This document shows positions 19,007-28,598 of a stretch of DNA of 64,000 nucleotides, piece after piece. The notes beneath the pieces were generated by a model, which was given only the letters and a program-made list of their open reading frames with translations, was not told the origin of the DNA and made no database searches. Source of the stretch: Bacteroidales bacterium (lineage in GTDB: Bacteria; Bacteroidota; Bacteroidia; Bacteroidales; UBA932); contig JAFUFP010000045.1 in the NCBI GenBank assembly GCA_017469845.1, positions 90,567 through 154,566 on the forward strand, given 5' to 3'. The position numbers were made by a program, and so were the translations under genes. Within the stretch, counting starts at the first letter, position 1. Each line of letters begins with the position of its first letter.

Positions 19007-20839
19007 TCAGAAATTCTTCCCCACGACAGTCCACTCGGGTGAGAACCCTTCAGGAAGAGTTCCTTTTTTGAAGTACTCCATATTCGAAGTCTTCCCCTTC
19101 ATCTGGGCGTCGAGCCAAAGGAGAGCCATATCCGTGAACTCACCTCCGTGATACTCGATGTAGGTGCCGTTGTGTCCTACGGGAAGGTTCGTAAGAACCA
19201 CGGGAACTCCGGTAATCCTCCTGTAGTCATCCGTAGCGTTGGGGTAAGCGATATCGCTCTCACCACCGATAATATAGATGATCGGATTTGAAAGTTTGGA
19301 AAGGTCTTCCTTGGAAAGAAGGTACATGGGGGCGTCCACAGGGAAGGCTCCGCTGTTGAGTGCGACCGTGGTCTTTATCCTCTTGTCTCCGATTGTGCTC
19401 AGGACAAGAGCCTGGAGTCCTCCGCAGGACTGTCCCATGGCAGCGGTATTGTGCGTATCCACCGTTCCGAAGTATTCACTCTTCGGATCGGCGGCCTTCT
19501 TTTCCAGCCAGTCGAGGGCACGGATATAATCAAGTGCGTCGAGCTTTTTCTGGTCTCCTCCCTGTCCCATCGCGGGAGCGGGGCGGGGCTGCTCCTCCCT
19601 TTGGACATTCTGAGCGGGGGCGGGAGCGGGACGGTTCTGAATCGCCTCGTACTGACGGCGGAGAGTCTCCCCGTCAATTCCGTGGGCGGTCCAATGTCCG
19701 TTCGTTATGATGACGTAACCCTGTGAAGCTATCTGGGTAAGGAGCGGAAGATAGAACCAGGAGTCCCTTGTACATCCGCCGTTTCCGAAAAGGATGACCG
19801 GCATGGGACCATCTTTGGAAGCCGCTTTTAGGTTTTGAGGTCTCACGATAGTATATCCTGGAAGTTCAGCATCTTCGACTACGACGCTCCTGAAAGGTCC
19901 GTCTCCTCCATCCTGGATCGTGACGCTGTTGACGGTGGTAGTGTTGACGAACCGTGTCTGTTGCATGAAACTGTACAGTCCGTCAATCCAGTTGTCGACG
20001 GTCTTGCCGAGTTTCCTCATTCCGAAGCCGTGTTGAACTCCGGCATGGTAGTGAAGTTCGGCATCGATTCCCGCCTTGGTCCACGCCTGGTACAGGTCAA
20101 AGGGTTCATGCGGAGCGAAAAGGTCATTCTGGGGGCTGACCAGATATAAAGGAGCGGCATCCTCGGGAACCTCTATGGGATCAACCCAACCGACGTAGAC
20201 AGGCGCCACCAAAGCGGGTCTTGAGGAAGCGTCATGATGCATGCCGACGTTCATCGCAAGCACTGCTCCGGCGGAGAATCCCATGATTCCGATCCTTTCG
20301 GGGTCTATACCGAATTCATCCGCCATCGAACGGACCAATTTCATGGCCTGTAGGCCATCCTCGTGAGCGATGCGTACCGCCCTGCTCTCTTCGGTATCGC
20401 CTATTCTGGTCAGAGTCTTCGAACGGTCGGCATCCGGACGGAATATGTCCCCCAGGATCGAGGAAAGTTTCGCACGGCTCTCCTCGGGGGTTTTCCCGAG
20501 AGGACGGGTCCTGTATTTGAGCACGAAGGCGGCGACCCCGTGGTCAGCCAGATAAGAAGCCACGTCATAGCCTTCGTAATCCATGGAAAGGGTGACGTAC
20601 GCTCCGCCTGGAGCGACGATCATGGCCGCACCCGTAGCCTTGTCGGGATCGGGAAGATAAACGGTAAGCGTGGGGTTGACGACATTCATCGCGGTGCTGC
20701 CGTCGAAGGATTCATGGTCTTCCATGCCCTCATATCCGGGGGCTTCCCCTTCGTACAGGCGGATTACCCTGTTCTGGGCGGACAGTGCGACGGCGGCAAA
20801 GAGAGTGGCCGCCAAAGTGATCAATATTCGTTTTCTCAT
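19007..20839 (-). CDS. Secreted tandem two-domain alpha/beta hydrolase
   Basis: Start ATG 20839 with signal peptide; domain 1 has PGGAY/GFSAG/QND/QHGFG; domain 2 has FGNGGC/GQSCGG/GGESD/GHNG. Confidence 0.85.
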   Translation of the reverse strand: MRKRILITLAATLFAAVALSAQNRVIRLYEGEAPGYEGMEDHESFDGSTAMNVVNPTLTVYLPDPDKATGAAMIVAPGGAYVTLSMDYEGYDVASYLADHGVAAFVLKYRTRPLGKTPEESRAKLSSILGDIFRPDADRSKTLTRIGDTEESRAVRIAHEDGLQAMKLVRSMADEFGIDPERIGIMGFSAGAVLAMNVGMHHDASSRPALVAPVYVGWVDPIEVPEDAAPLYLVSPQNDLFAPHEPFDLYQAWTKAGIDAELHYHAGVQHGFGMRKLGKTVDNWIDGLYSFMQQTRFVNTTTVNSVTIQDGGDGPFRSVVVEDAELPGYTIVRPQNLKAASKDGPMPVILFGNGGCTRDSWFYLPLLTQIASQGYVIITNGHWTAHGIDGETLRRQYEAIQNRPAPAPAQNVQREEQPRPAPAMGQGGDQKKLDALDYIRALDWLEKKAADPKSEYFGTVDTHNTAAMGQSCGGLQALVLSTIGDKRIKTTVALNSGAFPVDAPMYLLSKEDLSKLSNPIIYIIGGESDIAYPNATDDYRRITGVPVVLTNLPVGHNGTYIEYHGGEFTDMALLWLDAQMKGKTSNMEYFKKGTLPEGFSPEWTVVGKNF

Positions 20840-21052
20840 AGAAATAAAAAACAATGGTTTGTGTTCTGTGTACGGCAAAGATAAGGTTTAGATGCCGGAT
20901 TCCATTGTTCCGCAGATGCTTTTTGTTTGCCCGAGCCCTTTTTTCTCCGTTCGTTGAGAAAAAACGTACGTTCGTGAAAAAGGTTACCGATATTGCCCCG
21001 AGTCCCTTTTCTTTGCACTTGAACCAACAGAAAAACAAAAAATCCAATAAAC

Positions 21053-21838
21053 ATGAGACACTGTTTCAGAACAGCGCTCCTGCTGCTTTCACTTTCAGGC
21101 ACCACGGCCTTCGCGCAGGAGCCCAAGATCACCACTGTCCTCGAAGGACCCGATTCAATTCCCTCAACCATCATCCTGGAGTATTCCCAGCCGATTTCGG
21201 CGTCATCGGTTTCACCGGAGACGTTCGTCATTCCGGGAGTGAACATCATGGGGGTATTCGTGACGGACACTCCTCCTACTACCGATCCCCTCCCACCCAT
21301 GATGGACGGGCAGGAGACGGAAAGAAATGATGGGGAACGTCCCCAGATGCCGCCCCGTCCCGAAAGCGTAGACGGCAAATACGTCGTCCTTCTTCTTGAA
21401 GGGGGAATGGGCGGAAGAAGAGGTCCCGGCATGAAAGGCGGCCCCGGCATGCCCCCTCCCGACGGCAATGTCCCCGGAAGAGGTGACAAAGCCACAAAGG
21501 ATGAGAAGGCGCAGTCCCAAGAGGGCGCCGAAAAGCCACAGGGCGGCCGTGAAGGCCAAGGAATGAGAAGGATGGGTCCCGGTGGCCCCGGCGGCCAAGG
21601 AGGGATGCGTCCTCCTCAGGAAGGAGCTTCCGCACCCAAGGTTCCGATTCTCCTCCAGCAGGTCAAGGACATCTCCTCCACTTCAGGCAAGGCTGTCAAA
21701 TCCTGGAGCCAGTCAAGGGAAGCGGACAATTTCATAAAGAGAGAAATGCCCGAACGCCCCAAGGACGGGGAAGGTAATCAGGGAGGAAGAGACCGTGGCC
21801 CAAGGCAACGTACCTCAGAGAAGCCCGCCCAAGCATAA
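21053..21838 (+). CDS. Secreted protein: esterase-associated Ig-like domain with Gly/Pro/Met/Gln-rich inserts
   Basis: Signal peptide; IILEYSQPISASSVSPETFV...GKYVVLLL...LLQQVKDISSTSG resembles the EstA Ig-like domain; no GxSxG catalytic domain. Confidence 0.6.
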   Translation: MRHCFRTALLLLSLSGTTAFAQEPKITTVLEGPDSIPSTIILEYSQPISASSVSPETFVIPGVNIMGVFVTDTPPTTDPLPPMMDGQETERNDGERPQMPPRPESVDGKYVVLLLEGGMGGRRGPGMKGGPGMPPPDGNVPGRGDKATKDEKAQSQEGAEKPQGGREGQGMRRMGPGGPGGQGGMRPPQEGASAPKVPILLQQVKDISSTSGKAVKSWSQSREADNFIKREMPERPKDGEGNQGGRDRGPRQRTSEKPAQA

Positions 21839-21861
21839 GCCTCACTTGCGACATCATTCAA

Positions 21862-21888
21862 CAATCCCGACCCTACGGCCGGGATTTT
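21862..21888 (+). terminator. Probable terminator
   Basis: aatcccg...cgggatt hairpin followed by T residues, about 25 nt after the stop at 21838. Confidence 0.45.
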
Positions 21889-21991
21889 CCGTTTGCAGGG
21901 CAATTCCGTGCACGTGCACAAAAACATCCTCAAATCCTTTGCTCCATAAATATAAAGTGTTATTTTTGCGGTAACACGACAACTTTACACG

Positions 21992-23044
21992 ATGAGAATC
22001 AGGACAAAAGACATAGCCCAGAAGGCAGGGGTATCCCTCGGAACGGTTGACAGGGTTCTCCACAACCGCGACGGAGTCTCCGAAAAGAGCAGGAAGAAAG
22101 TTCTCGCCATAATGGAGGAACTCGGTTACGAACCGAACCGCTACGCCAGCGCCCTGGCTTCAAACAGAACCCTCTCCTTCGCGTGCCTTATCCCGGGACA
22201 CAGTGAAGGCGAATACTGGGAAAGTGTCGAAGAAGGGATACGCGGCGCGGTGAAGGACTTCGCGGACCTGGGAGCGCACTGCGCATTCTTCTATTACGAT
22301 TCGTTCGACTACTCATCTTTCGCCGTGGAAGGGGAAAAGATACTCGGGGGAGATTTCGACGCAGTCATAATAGGTCCCACCGTCAAGGAATTCACCCTCC
22401 CCTTCACTTCATCTCTCGACGGCAAGGGCACACCTTATGTCTTCGTGGACTCCTTCGTCAGCGGATCCTCTCCCCTTGCCTACTACGGACAGGACGCCCA
22501 CTCGAGCGGATACTTCACCGGAAGCATTGTCCTTCCGCTGAGAGTTCCTTTTGGAGGAACGATCGCCGTATTCGAGACGACAAGAGGAAAAGTCACCGGA
22601 TCCAACCAGCAGATACTCAGGGAAGAAGGATTCCGCAGGTGGATCGGAAAAAACGGAGCGGAGGTTATCCTCCGGAAGGTGGACCTGCCGCAGGACGGAG
22701 ACCCGTCCGCCTGCCGTAAAGTGCTGAAGGAGTTCTTCAGTTCCAATCCGGACATAAAGACCGGATTGTTCTTCAATTCAAGGGCATACATCGTCGGGGA
22801 ATTCATCCTGGAAGAAGGGGTGAAGGACTTTGACCTCACCGGCTACGACCTTCTGCCACGGAACGTGGGATGCCTCAGGAAAGGGGCCATTTCAAGACTC
22901 ATTTCCCAGCGGCCGCTGGAGCAGGGCTACGGCGCTGTCAAGGCTCTCACCGAAAACATCATACTGAAAAAAGACGTGAAGAAGGAGAATCTCATGCCGA
23001 TAGACCTTCTGACGGCGGACAACATCGACTTCTACATCCGGTAA
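21992..23044 (+). CDS. LacI-family transcriptional regulator
   Basis: TKDIAQKAGVSLGTVDRVLH helix-turn-helix, YEPN..ASAL hinge, periplasmic-binding-protein-like sensor domain. Confidence 0.92.
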   Translation: MRIRTKDIAQKAGVSLGTVDRVLHNRDGVSEKSRKKVLAIMEELGYEPNRYASALASNRTLSFACLIPGHSEGEYWESVEEGIRGAVKDFADLGAHCAFFYYDSFDYSSFAVEGEKILGGDFDAVIIGPTVKEFTLPFTSSLDGKGTPYVFVDSFVSGSSPLAYYGQDAHSSGYFTGSIVLPLRVPFGGTIAVFETTRGKVTGSNQQILREEGFRRWIGKNGAEVILRKVDLPQDGDPSACRKVLKEFFSSNPDIKTGLFFNSRAYIVGEFILEEGVKDFDLTGYDLLPRNVGCLRKGAISRLISQRPLEQGYGAVKALTENIILKKDVKKENLMPIDLLTADNIDFYIR

Positions 23045-23083
23045 CCGCAGATACGACAAAAAAGCACACAAACACACAATAAC

Positions 23084-25090
23084 ATGAAAGCACACATTGG
23101 AGCGATTATTTCAGTACTCATCCCCGTCGTGATGAGTTGCTCGGGCAATGTTGAGCAGCCACAACTCGGAACAAGAACGGCCCCGATTCTGGAGAAAAAG
23201 GGTCTCCAGTTCAAGGACCTCAACCGTAACGGCAAGCTCGACGCCTACGAAGACTGGCGGCTTTCCCCCGAAAAGAGGGCGGAAGACCTCCTTTCGCAGA
23301 TGAACATCGATGAAAAGATCGGGTTCATGATCATTTCCCAGATAAACATGGGTTCTTCCGGTAATGACCCCAGGGGCGGAGGAAGAGGGACCGTCACATC
23401 GGAACTCAACGAGGAGGACGTGGTCTCCAACCGCAACATGTTCACAGGCCTCGCCTCCGAAGAATCCATCAACGTCTCCGGAACGACCAAGGGAATCAAG
23501 GAAAGGAATTTGAGGCACTTCATCCTCAGGGCAAACGCCCCGGCAAGGGTGATGGCCGAGTGGGCCAACAACGTCCAGGCCGTGGCCGAGGACACCCGAT
23601 TGGGAATTCCCGCGATCTTCGCTTCCAACCCGAGGAACCACGTCGCCGTGGATAACTCCATGGGACTGAACGTCGGAAACAGCTACTTCACCCAGTGGCC
23701 CGGAACATTGGGACTCGCCGCCGCCAATGACCCCGAGCTCGTATATGAGTTCGCGAAAAGCGCAGCTTCAGAATGGGTGGCCTGCGGTATCCGGAAAGGC
23801 TACATGTACCAGCTCGACCTTTCGACCGAGCCCAGATGGAGCAGAATCGAGGGAACCTTCGGTGAGGACGCCGACCGCGTCTCCGAAATCGCCGTTCAGC
23901 TCGTGAAAGGATTCCAGGGAGAGACCCTGGGTCCCAATTCAGTCGCCCTCACGATGAAGCACTTCCCCGGCGGAGGTCCCGAAATGAAAGGATGGGATTC
24001 GCACTATGATTTCGGTAAGAATCTCGTCTACCCGGGAGAGATGTTCGACTATCACATAAAGCCCTTCAAGGCGGCCGTCGATGCGGGAGTGTCCGGCATA
24101 ATGCCTTACTACGCAAGGCCTCACGAGACCGAGTACGAGGAAGTGGGTTCCGCATACAACTACGGACTTCTCACTACCCTTCTGCGTGAAACGTTGGGAT
24201 TCAAAGGCCTTGTCAACTCAGACACCGGTCCCATCAACAACATGCCTTGGGGTGTTGAGGACCTTTCAATCCAGGAAAGGTACGCCAAGGCCGTAGCCGC
24301 GGGAACAGACCTGTTCTCGGGCGGAGCCGACATCGCCAACCTCAAAGCCACCTACGACGCCGGTATGATCACCGACGAGCAGATAGACCGCTCCGTGAGA
24401 AGGCTTCTCGTGGAGAAATTCAGTCTCGGACTTTTCGAGAACCCCTACGTCGATCCCGACAATGCCGAAAAGACGGCAAACTGTCCCGAATACCGCGCCA
24501 TGGCTGAAACAGCCTTCCGTAAATCCATCGTCCTGATGAAAAACGAAGGAGGGGCCCTTCCCCTCAAGGCCGGAACCAAGATCTACTTCGAAAGGATGGA
24601 TTCAAGGTCAGCAGGAAACCACACCCCCGTCCTTCCTGAAGATAACACCTGGGGAGTCGAATTCGTGGATTCACCCGACAAGGCAGACGCCGTTGTCCTT
24701 TGGCTCTTCCCCGGAGCGGGAGGAGGATTCCTGGGCGGAGGTGGCGGAGCCGCTCCGATAAGCAACCTCCTTTCCGCCAACAGCATGGACATAAAATACA
24801 TCAACGCCCTCGCCGCAAAGAAGCCGACAACCGTCATCGTCAATTGCAGCAAGCCATGGGTACTGAATGAGCTGTCCGACAAGGCTTCACGGAGCCAGAT
24901 TGCCACATTCGGAACTACCCTTCCCGCCGTCATGGACGTTCTGACCGGGAAGTTCAACCCCACCGGCAAGATGCCTTTCGCTCTCCCCTCTTCTCAAGAA
25001 GCGGTGGAGAACAACAAGGAAGATGTTCCCGGATCAATGGAAGCTGAAGGGTATGCCCTGATACCGTGCGGATTCGGAATGAGCTATTGA
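23084..25090 (+). CDS. GH3 beta-glucosidase-family lipoprotein
   Basis: Lipobox VMSC; FKDLNRNG.LD.YEDWRL, KHFPG, NSDTG (nucleophile Asp) and KSIVLMKN. Confidence 0.9.
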   Translation: MKAHIGAIISVLIPVVMSCSGNVEQPQLGTRTAPILEKKGLQFKDLNRNGKLDAYEDWRLSPEKRAEDLLSQMNIDEKIGFMIISQINMGSSGNDPRGGGRGTVTSELNEEDVVSNRNMFTGLASEESINVSGTTKGIKERNLRHFILRANAPARVMAEWANNVQAVAEDTRLGIPAIFASNPRNHVAVDNSMGLNVGNSYFTQWPGTLGLAAANDPELVYEFAKSAASEWVACGIRKGYMYQLDLSTEPRWSRIEGTFGEDADRVSEIAVQLVKGFQGETLGPNSVALTMKHFPGGGPEMKGWDSHYDFGKNLVYPGEMFDYHIKPFKAAVDAGVSGIMPYYARPHETEYEEVGSAYNYGLLTTLLRETLGFKGLVNSDTGPINNMPWGVEDLSIQERYAKAVAAGTDLFSGGADIANLKATYDAGMITDEQIDRSVRRLLVEKFSLGLFENPYVDPDNAEKTANCPEYRAMAETAFRKSIVLMKNEGGALPLKAGTKIYFERMDSRSAGNHTPVLPEDNTWGVEFVDSPDKADAVVLWLFPGAGGGFLGGGGGAAPISNLLSANSMDIKYINALAAKKPTTVIVNCSKPWVLNELSDKASRSQIATFGTTLPAVMDVLTGKFNPTGKMPFALPSSQEAVENNKEDVPGSMEAEGYALIPCGFGMSY

Positions 25091-25112
25091 GAATAGCACG
25101 ATACTCCTGACT

Positions 25113-25155
25113 CAAATCCGCGGTCTTCAACCACTGAAGGCCGCGGATATTGTTT
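25113..25155. repeat. 43-bp hairpin repeat, copy 1 (terminator-like)
   Basis: caaatccgcggtcttcaaccactgaaggccgcggatattgttt; internal inverted repeat; 39/43 identical to 25602..25644. Confidence 0.85.
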
Positions 25156-25248
25156 AAACAAAATTGAAGCGCTTGTAATGAATATTTTTACTATCCCGTT
25201 GTAAAATAAATTGCTACTTGCTATTTTTGCGTAACTAAAAACATAAAT

Positions 25249-25584
25249 ATGGCATTTGACATCGAGAAACTTCAGCAAATTGCAAAGCATCTTCCTGAAG
25301 AAAGGAAGGAAGAGATGGAAAACCGTATCCGCAACAGGGAATGGCTGAAGAAGTCAGCCCACATCGCTTTGGCCGTCAAGCATGAACTCCGGGCTCACGG
25401 CATGACCCGACAGGAATTGGCGGAAAGGATGGGAGCGTCACCTCAGGACGTCTGGAGGATTCTCGAAGGGAAGGAGAATCTGACGCTTCAGACCATTTCA
25501 CAATTGGAAGAAGCCCTGGGCCGGCCTCTTTTGAGGATTCTGCCGGAAAGTCCCGGGAATTCCGACCGCTGCATGATCCGATAG
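25249..25584 (+). CDS. XRE-family HTH protein (HigA-antitoxin-like, no toxin partner)
   Basis: MTRQELAERMGASPQDVWRILEGKENLTLQTISQLEEALG; -7 box TATTTTTG at 25222-25229. Confidence 0.85.
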   Translation: MAFDIEKLQQIAKHLPEERKEEMENRIRNREWLKKSAHIALAVKHELRAHGMTRQELAERMGASPQDVWRILEGKENLTLQTISQLEEALGRPLLRILPESPGNSDRCMIR

Positions 25585-25601
25585 CGGAAATATCTTTGAC
25601 G

Positions 25602-25644
25602 CAAATCCGCGGTCCTCAACTGGTGAAGGCCGCGGATATTGTTT
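25602..25644. repeat. 43-bp hairpin repeat, copy 2 (terminator-like)
   Basis: caaatccgcggtcctcaactggtgaaggccgcggatattgttt. Confidence 0.85.
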
Positions 25645-25665
25645 CAACCAAAAGCGAAGAACACC

Positions 25666-28473
25666 CTACTTCGTAAAAGTGTGTGTTCCCTGTCCGACTA
25701 CGACACTATTGCCGCCGAACTTGACGCTTGCCCTGACTCCGACAGGGACGGTAACCTTGAGGACATCTCCTTCAATGGAAGTGGAAAGCACTCCGTAAGG
25801 GGTCTTCTTGTCGCACTTGACAGAAAGGCCGTCGATAAGGTAAGGCTCTATGAAGACGTGGCGGAAGCCGGGTTCGTTCTCATCATAGCGGATACCTCCA
25901 AGATAGTTGTACAGCCATGTAAGGCATCCTCCGAACATGGGATGGTTGCGTGAGCTCTCACCGTTCCAGTTCTCCCAAGTCACAGTCGCGCCCTGTTCAA
26001 GCCACCATCCGAAGCTCGGGAAATCCTTCTGGGTCATAACCTTGTATGCGACATCATGCATGCCGTTCTCGGAGAGGACTTCGAAAAGGTACCTCGTTCC
26101 GCAGATTCCGGTATTGAGGTGGCAATTGTACTTCTCGACGATTTCCTTGCCGAAAGTCTCGACAACATCGGCCTTGACCTCATCAGGAACACCCATCTTG
26201 AGGGCGAAGACATTGCTGCCGTAGTCCCCGTAGGTACGGTTCACCGGATCGTAGAAGACCTTATGGAATGTCTCCTTTATCTTTTGGGCACGCGCCGCAT
26301 ACAGAGTAGCATCTTCATCAAGTCCCAAAGCCTTGGCGGCCTTTGCGCAGATGTCGGTGCACATCCAATAGTAGAACTGGTGGACAAGCCTCTTTTCGGG
26401 AAGTTCATAAGGAGGGAGCCAGTCCCCGAGGCTTCCGAACTGGCCGCCGCCGTTCTGGACGATGTCCGGATCGCTTTCGGCATCGAGATACTCGTTTTCG
26501 TCTGAGAGTTCGTGCATGAACCTCACGTACTCCGTCATCGCGAAGTAGTTCTCCTTCAGCATATCCTTGTCACCGTACTGCAGGTAGAATTCCCAAGGCA
26601 TGATATCGATGGCGGCTCCCCATCCGATTCCGCCCGCACCGTCATTGGTGGGAGCGATGTTGGGAACGTGGCCGGTCCTGGTGTTCTGCGCGTCAGCAAT
26701 GTCCCGGATCCACTTGCGGTAGAAAGGAGCGGCATCGAAGTTCATCATGACCGCTGCAGAAGAAAGCTGACCGTCTCCGGTGTATCCAGACCTTTCCCTC
26801 TGGGGACAGTCGGAAGCGATTCCGCCGTGGCTGTTGTCCAGTTGGCTCTGCTTCCAGATCCTGTTGATGTCCTCGAGCATAGGATTCGAGGAAGTGAAGG
26901 AAGATGTTTCCGGAAGGTTCGTACAGATCATCTCGGCGCTCATCATGGAGCTCTCCAGACCGGGAAGACCCTTGACATTGGCCTTGCTGAAAGTGTACCA
27001 GGTGAATCTCGGAGCGTACTCCTTCACCTTCTGCCCATTGAATACGTATTTGTTGAGGACCGTCTGCTGGTCATTGGCGTAGGTGACGGTGAGGGTATCC
27101 CCTTCCGCTCCCTGGAAATCGCGGAAACGGATCCATCCGGTGATTTCCGTACCGAAGTCCACGTCGTAGCTTCCATCCTCCAGAAGAGTGACCGACTTGG
27201 GCTTATAAGTCCTGTAGACGACATCTCCCGGCGATGTGTGGGCCGCAAGTTTCCCGGTGGGAGCCTTGCGGACGACTGCATTCTCCCATGACGAATCATC
27301 CACTAGAGTCGTAGCCCAACCGGGGGTTTCGCACCTCGCGTCATACACTTCGCCGTCGAATACTCCGTTCACGTGGATCGCGGACTCCTTTGCCTTCCAG
27401 GAAGGGTCGGAGCAGATTATGTCTTTGGTTCCGTCTTCGTAGTTGATTTCAATCTGGGCGAGAAGGCGTGAACTTCCGTAAGGGATCTGGAAATATCCTG
27501 TAGGGTTGTAGAAGCCTTCACCGAGAATGGCTCCGGCAACGTTTTCGCCCTTTTCCAGAAGAGGCTTTATGTCATAGGCTTTGTAAAGGACCCTGTAGTC
27601 CCTGAAAAGATAATCCGTTGTGGGTCCGTACTGGCCTACGACGGGACGCTCGCCGTAATTGGTCTGGTTCGGCATCAGAACCTCATTCCCGAGCTTCTGA
27701 CCGTTGACGAAGAACTCATAGTAACCAAGTCCCACGACATAGGCCTTGGCTGAAGCGACATCGCCCTTCACCGTGAAGCCCTTCCTCAGAAGGGGTGCCG
27801 GACTCTGGTCTACTTTCTGCGGAGTGAAGGGGTTGCGCATACGTTCCTGGAGTTCGACAGGGTCGATACCCATTTCCATGATACCGGTGATGAATTTCTG
27901 ACGGTCGGCCGGATCTTCACTCTGCATGAGCGGAAGAAGCTCCATGAGTCTTCCCATGTCGATGTCAACTGAAGGGGTGAGATTGCTTCGTGAAGCTTCC
28001 TTGTAGGGTTCTTCACCTCTCCAAGGGGCGCCGATCCACGTAGCCTTCCAGTCGGAAGGATCCAGAAGTCCCATACCCCAATAAGAAGGCTCGCTCCATG
28101 ACGAAGGCGTGTCTTTTCCGTCCCATACCATCACTTTCCACCAGCAGTCCTGACCGGACTTCAGAGGAGAGCCTCCGTAAGGGACAAGATGGGATTCGGA
28201 GGAAGTGACTTTCCCTGAATCCCAGAGATCGCCCTCTTCCTTGGAAAGGAGGGATTCGGAAGATGACACGATTATACGGTAGGCGGACTGGCTCGCCCCC
28301 TGGACTCCCTTCCCCGGGGAATTGATCCATGAAAGCCTCGGTGCCGTCCTGTCGACGGTGGACGGATTCACGATGTCCTCACAAGTGAGAGACACGGGAG
28401 CGATGTCGGCGCCGGAGCACGAAATAAGGAAAAGCGTGGCAACGCCTGAAAAGAAAAGATTTGACAGTTTCAT
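25666..28473 (-). CDS. GH78 alpha-L-rhamnosidase-family lipoprotein
   Basis: Start ATG 28473, lipobox LISC; PRLSW FN3-like module, PAPLLRK.F, SDCPQRERSGYTGD, W.NWNGESSRNHPMFG. Confidence 0.9.
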   Translation of the reverse strand: MKLSNLFFSGVATLFLISCSGADIAPVSLTCEDIVNPSTVDRTAPRLSWINSPGKGVQGASQSAYRIIVSSSESLLSKEEGDLWDSGKVTSSESHLVPYGGSPLKSGQDCWWKVMVWDGKDTPSSWSEPSYWGMGLLDPSDWKATWIGAPWRGEEPYKEASRSNLTPSVDIDMGRLMELLPLMQSEDPADRQKFITGIMEMGIDPVELQERMRNPFTPQKVDQSPAPLLRKGFTVKGDVASAKAYVVGLGYYEFFVNGQKLGNEVLMPNQTNYGERPVVGQYGPTTDYLFRDYRVLYKAYDIKPLLEKGENVAGAILGEGFYNPTGYFQIPYGSSRLLAQIEINYEDGTKDIICSDPSWKAKESAIHVNGVFDGEVYDARCETPGWATTLVDDSSWENAVVRKAPTGKLAAHTSPGDVVYRTYKPKSVTLLEDGSYDVDFGTEITGWIRFRDFQGAEGDTLTVTYANDQQTVLNKYVFNGQKVKEYAPRFTWYTFSKANVKGLPGLESSMMSAEMICTNLPETSSFTSSNPMLEDINRIWKQSQLDNSHGGIASDCPQRERSGYTGDGQLSSAAVMMNFDAAPFYRKWIRDIADAQNTRTGHVPNIAPTNDGAGGIGWGAAIDIMPWEFYLQYGDKDMLKENYFAMTEYVRFMHELSDENEYLDAESDPDIVQNGGGQFGSLGDWLPPYELPEKRLVHQFYYWMCTDICAKAAKALGLDEDATLYAARAQKIKETFHKVFYDPVNRTYGDYGSNVFALKMGVPDEVKADVVETFGKEIVEKYNCHLNTGICGTRYLFEVLSENGMHDVAYKVMTQKDFPSFGWWLEQGATVTWENWNGESSRNHPMFGGCLTWLYNYLGGIRYDENEPGFRHVFIEPYLIDGLSVKCDKKTPYGVLSTSIEGDVLKVTVPVGVRASVKFGGNSVVVGQGTHTFTK

Positions 28474-28598
28474 CGGAAATGATTTTCGGGTGGTCAACAA
28501 TTGCTCCACAAATATACGGATTTGGCACAAAAAGGCTATGTTTGCATCCGGAAAACGGCCCACATTCAGCGCCGTTTCCGTAAAAGAAACACCCGAAG

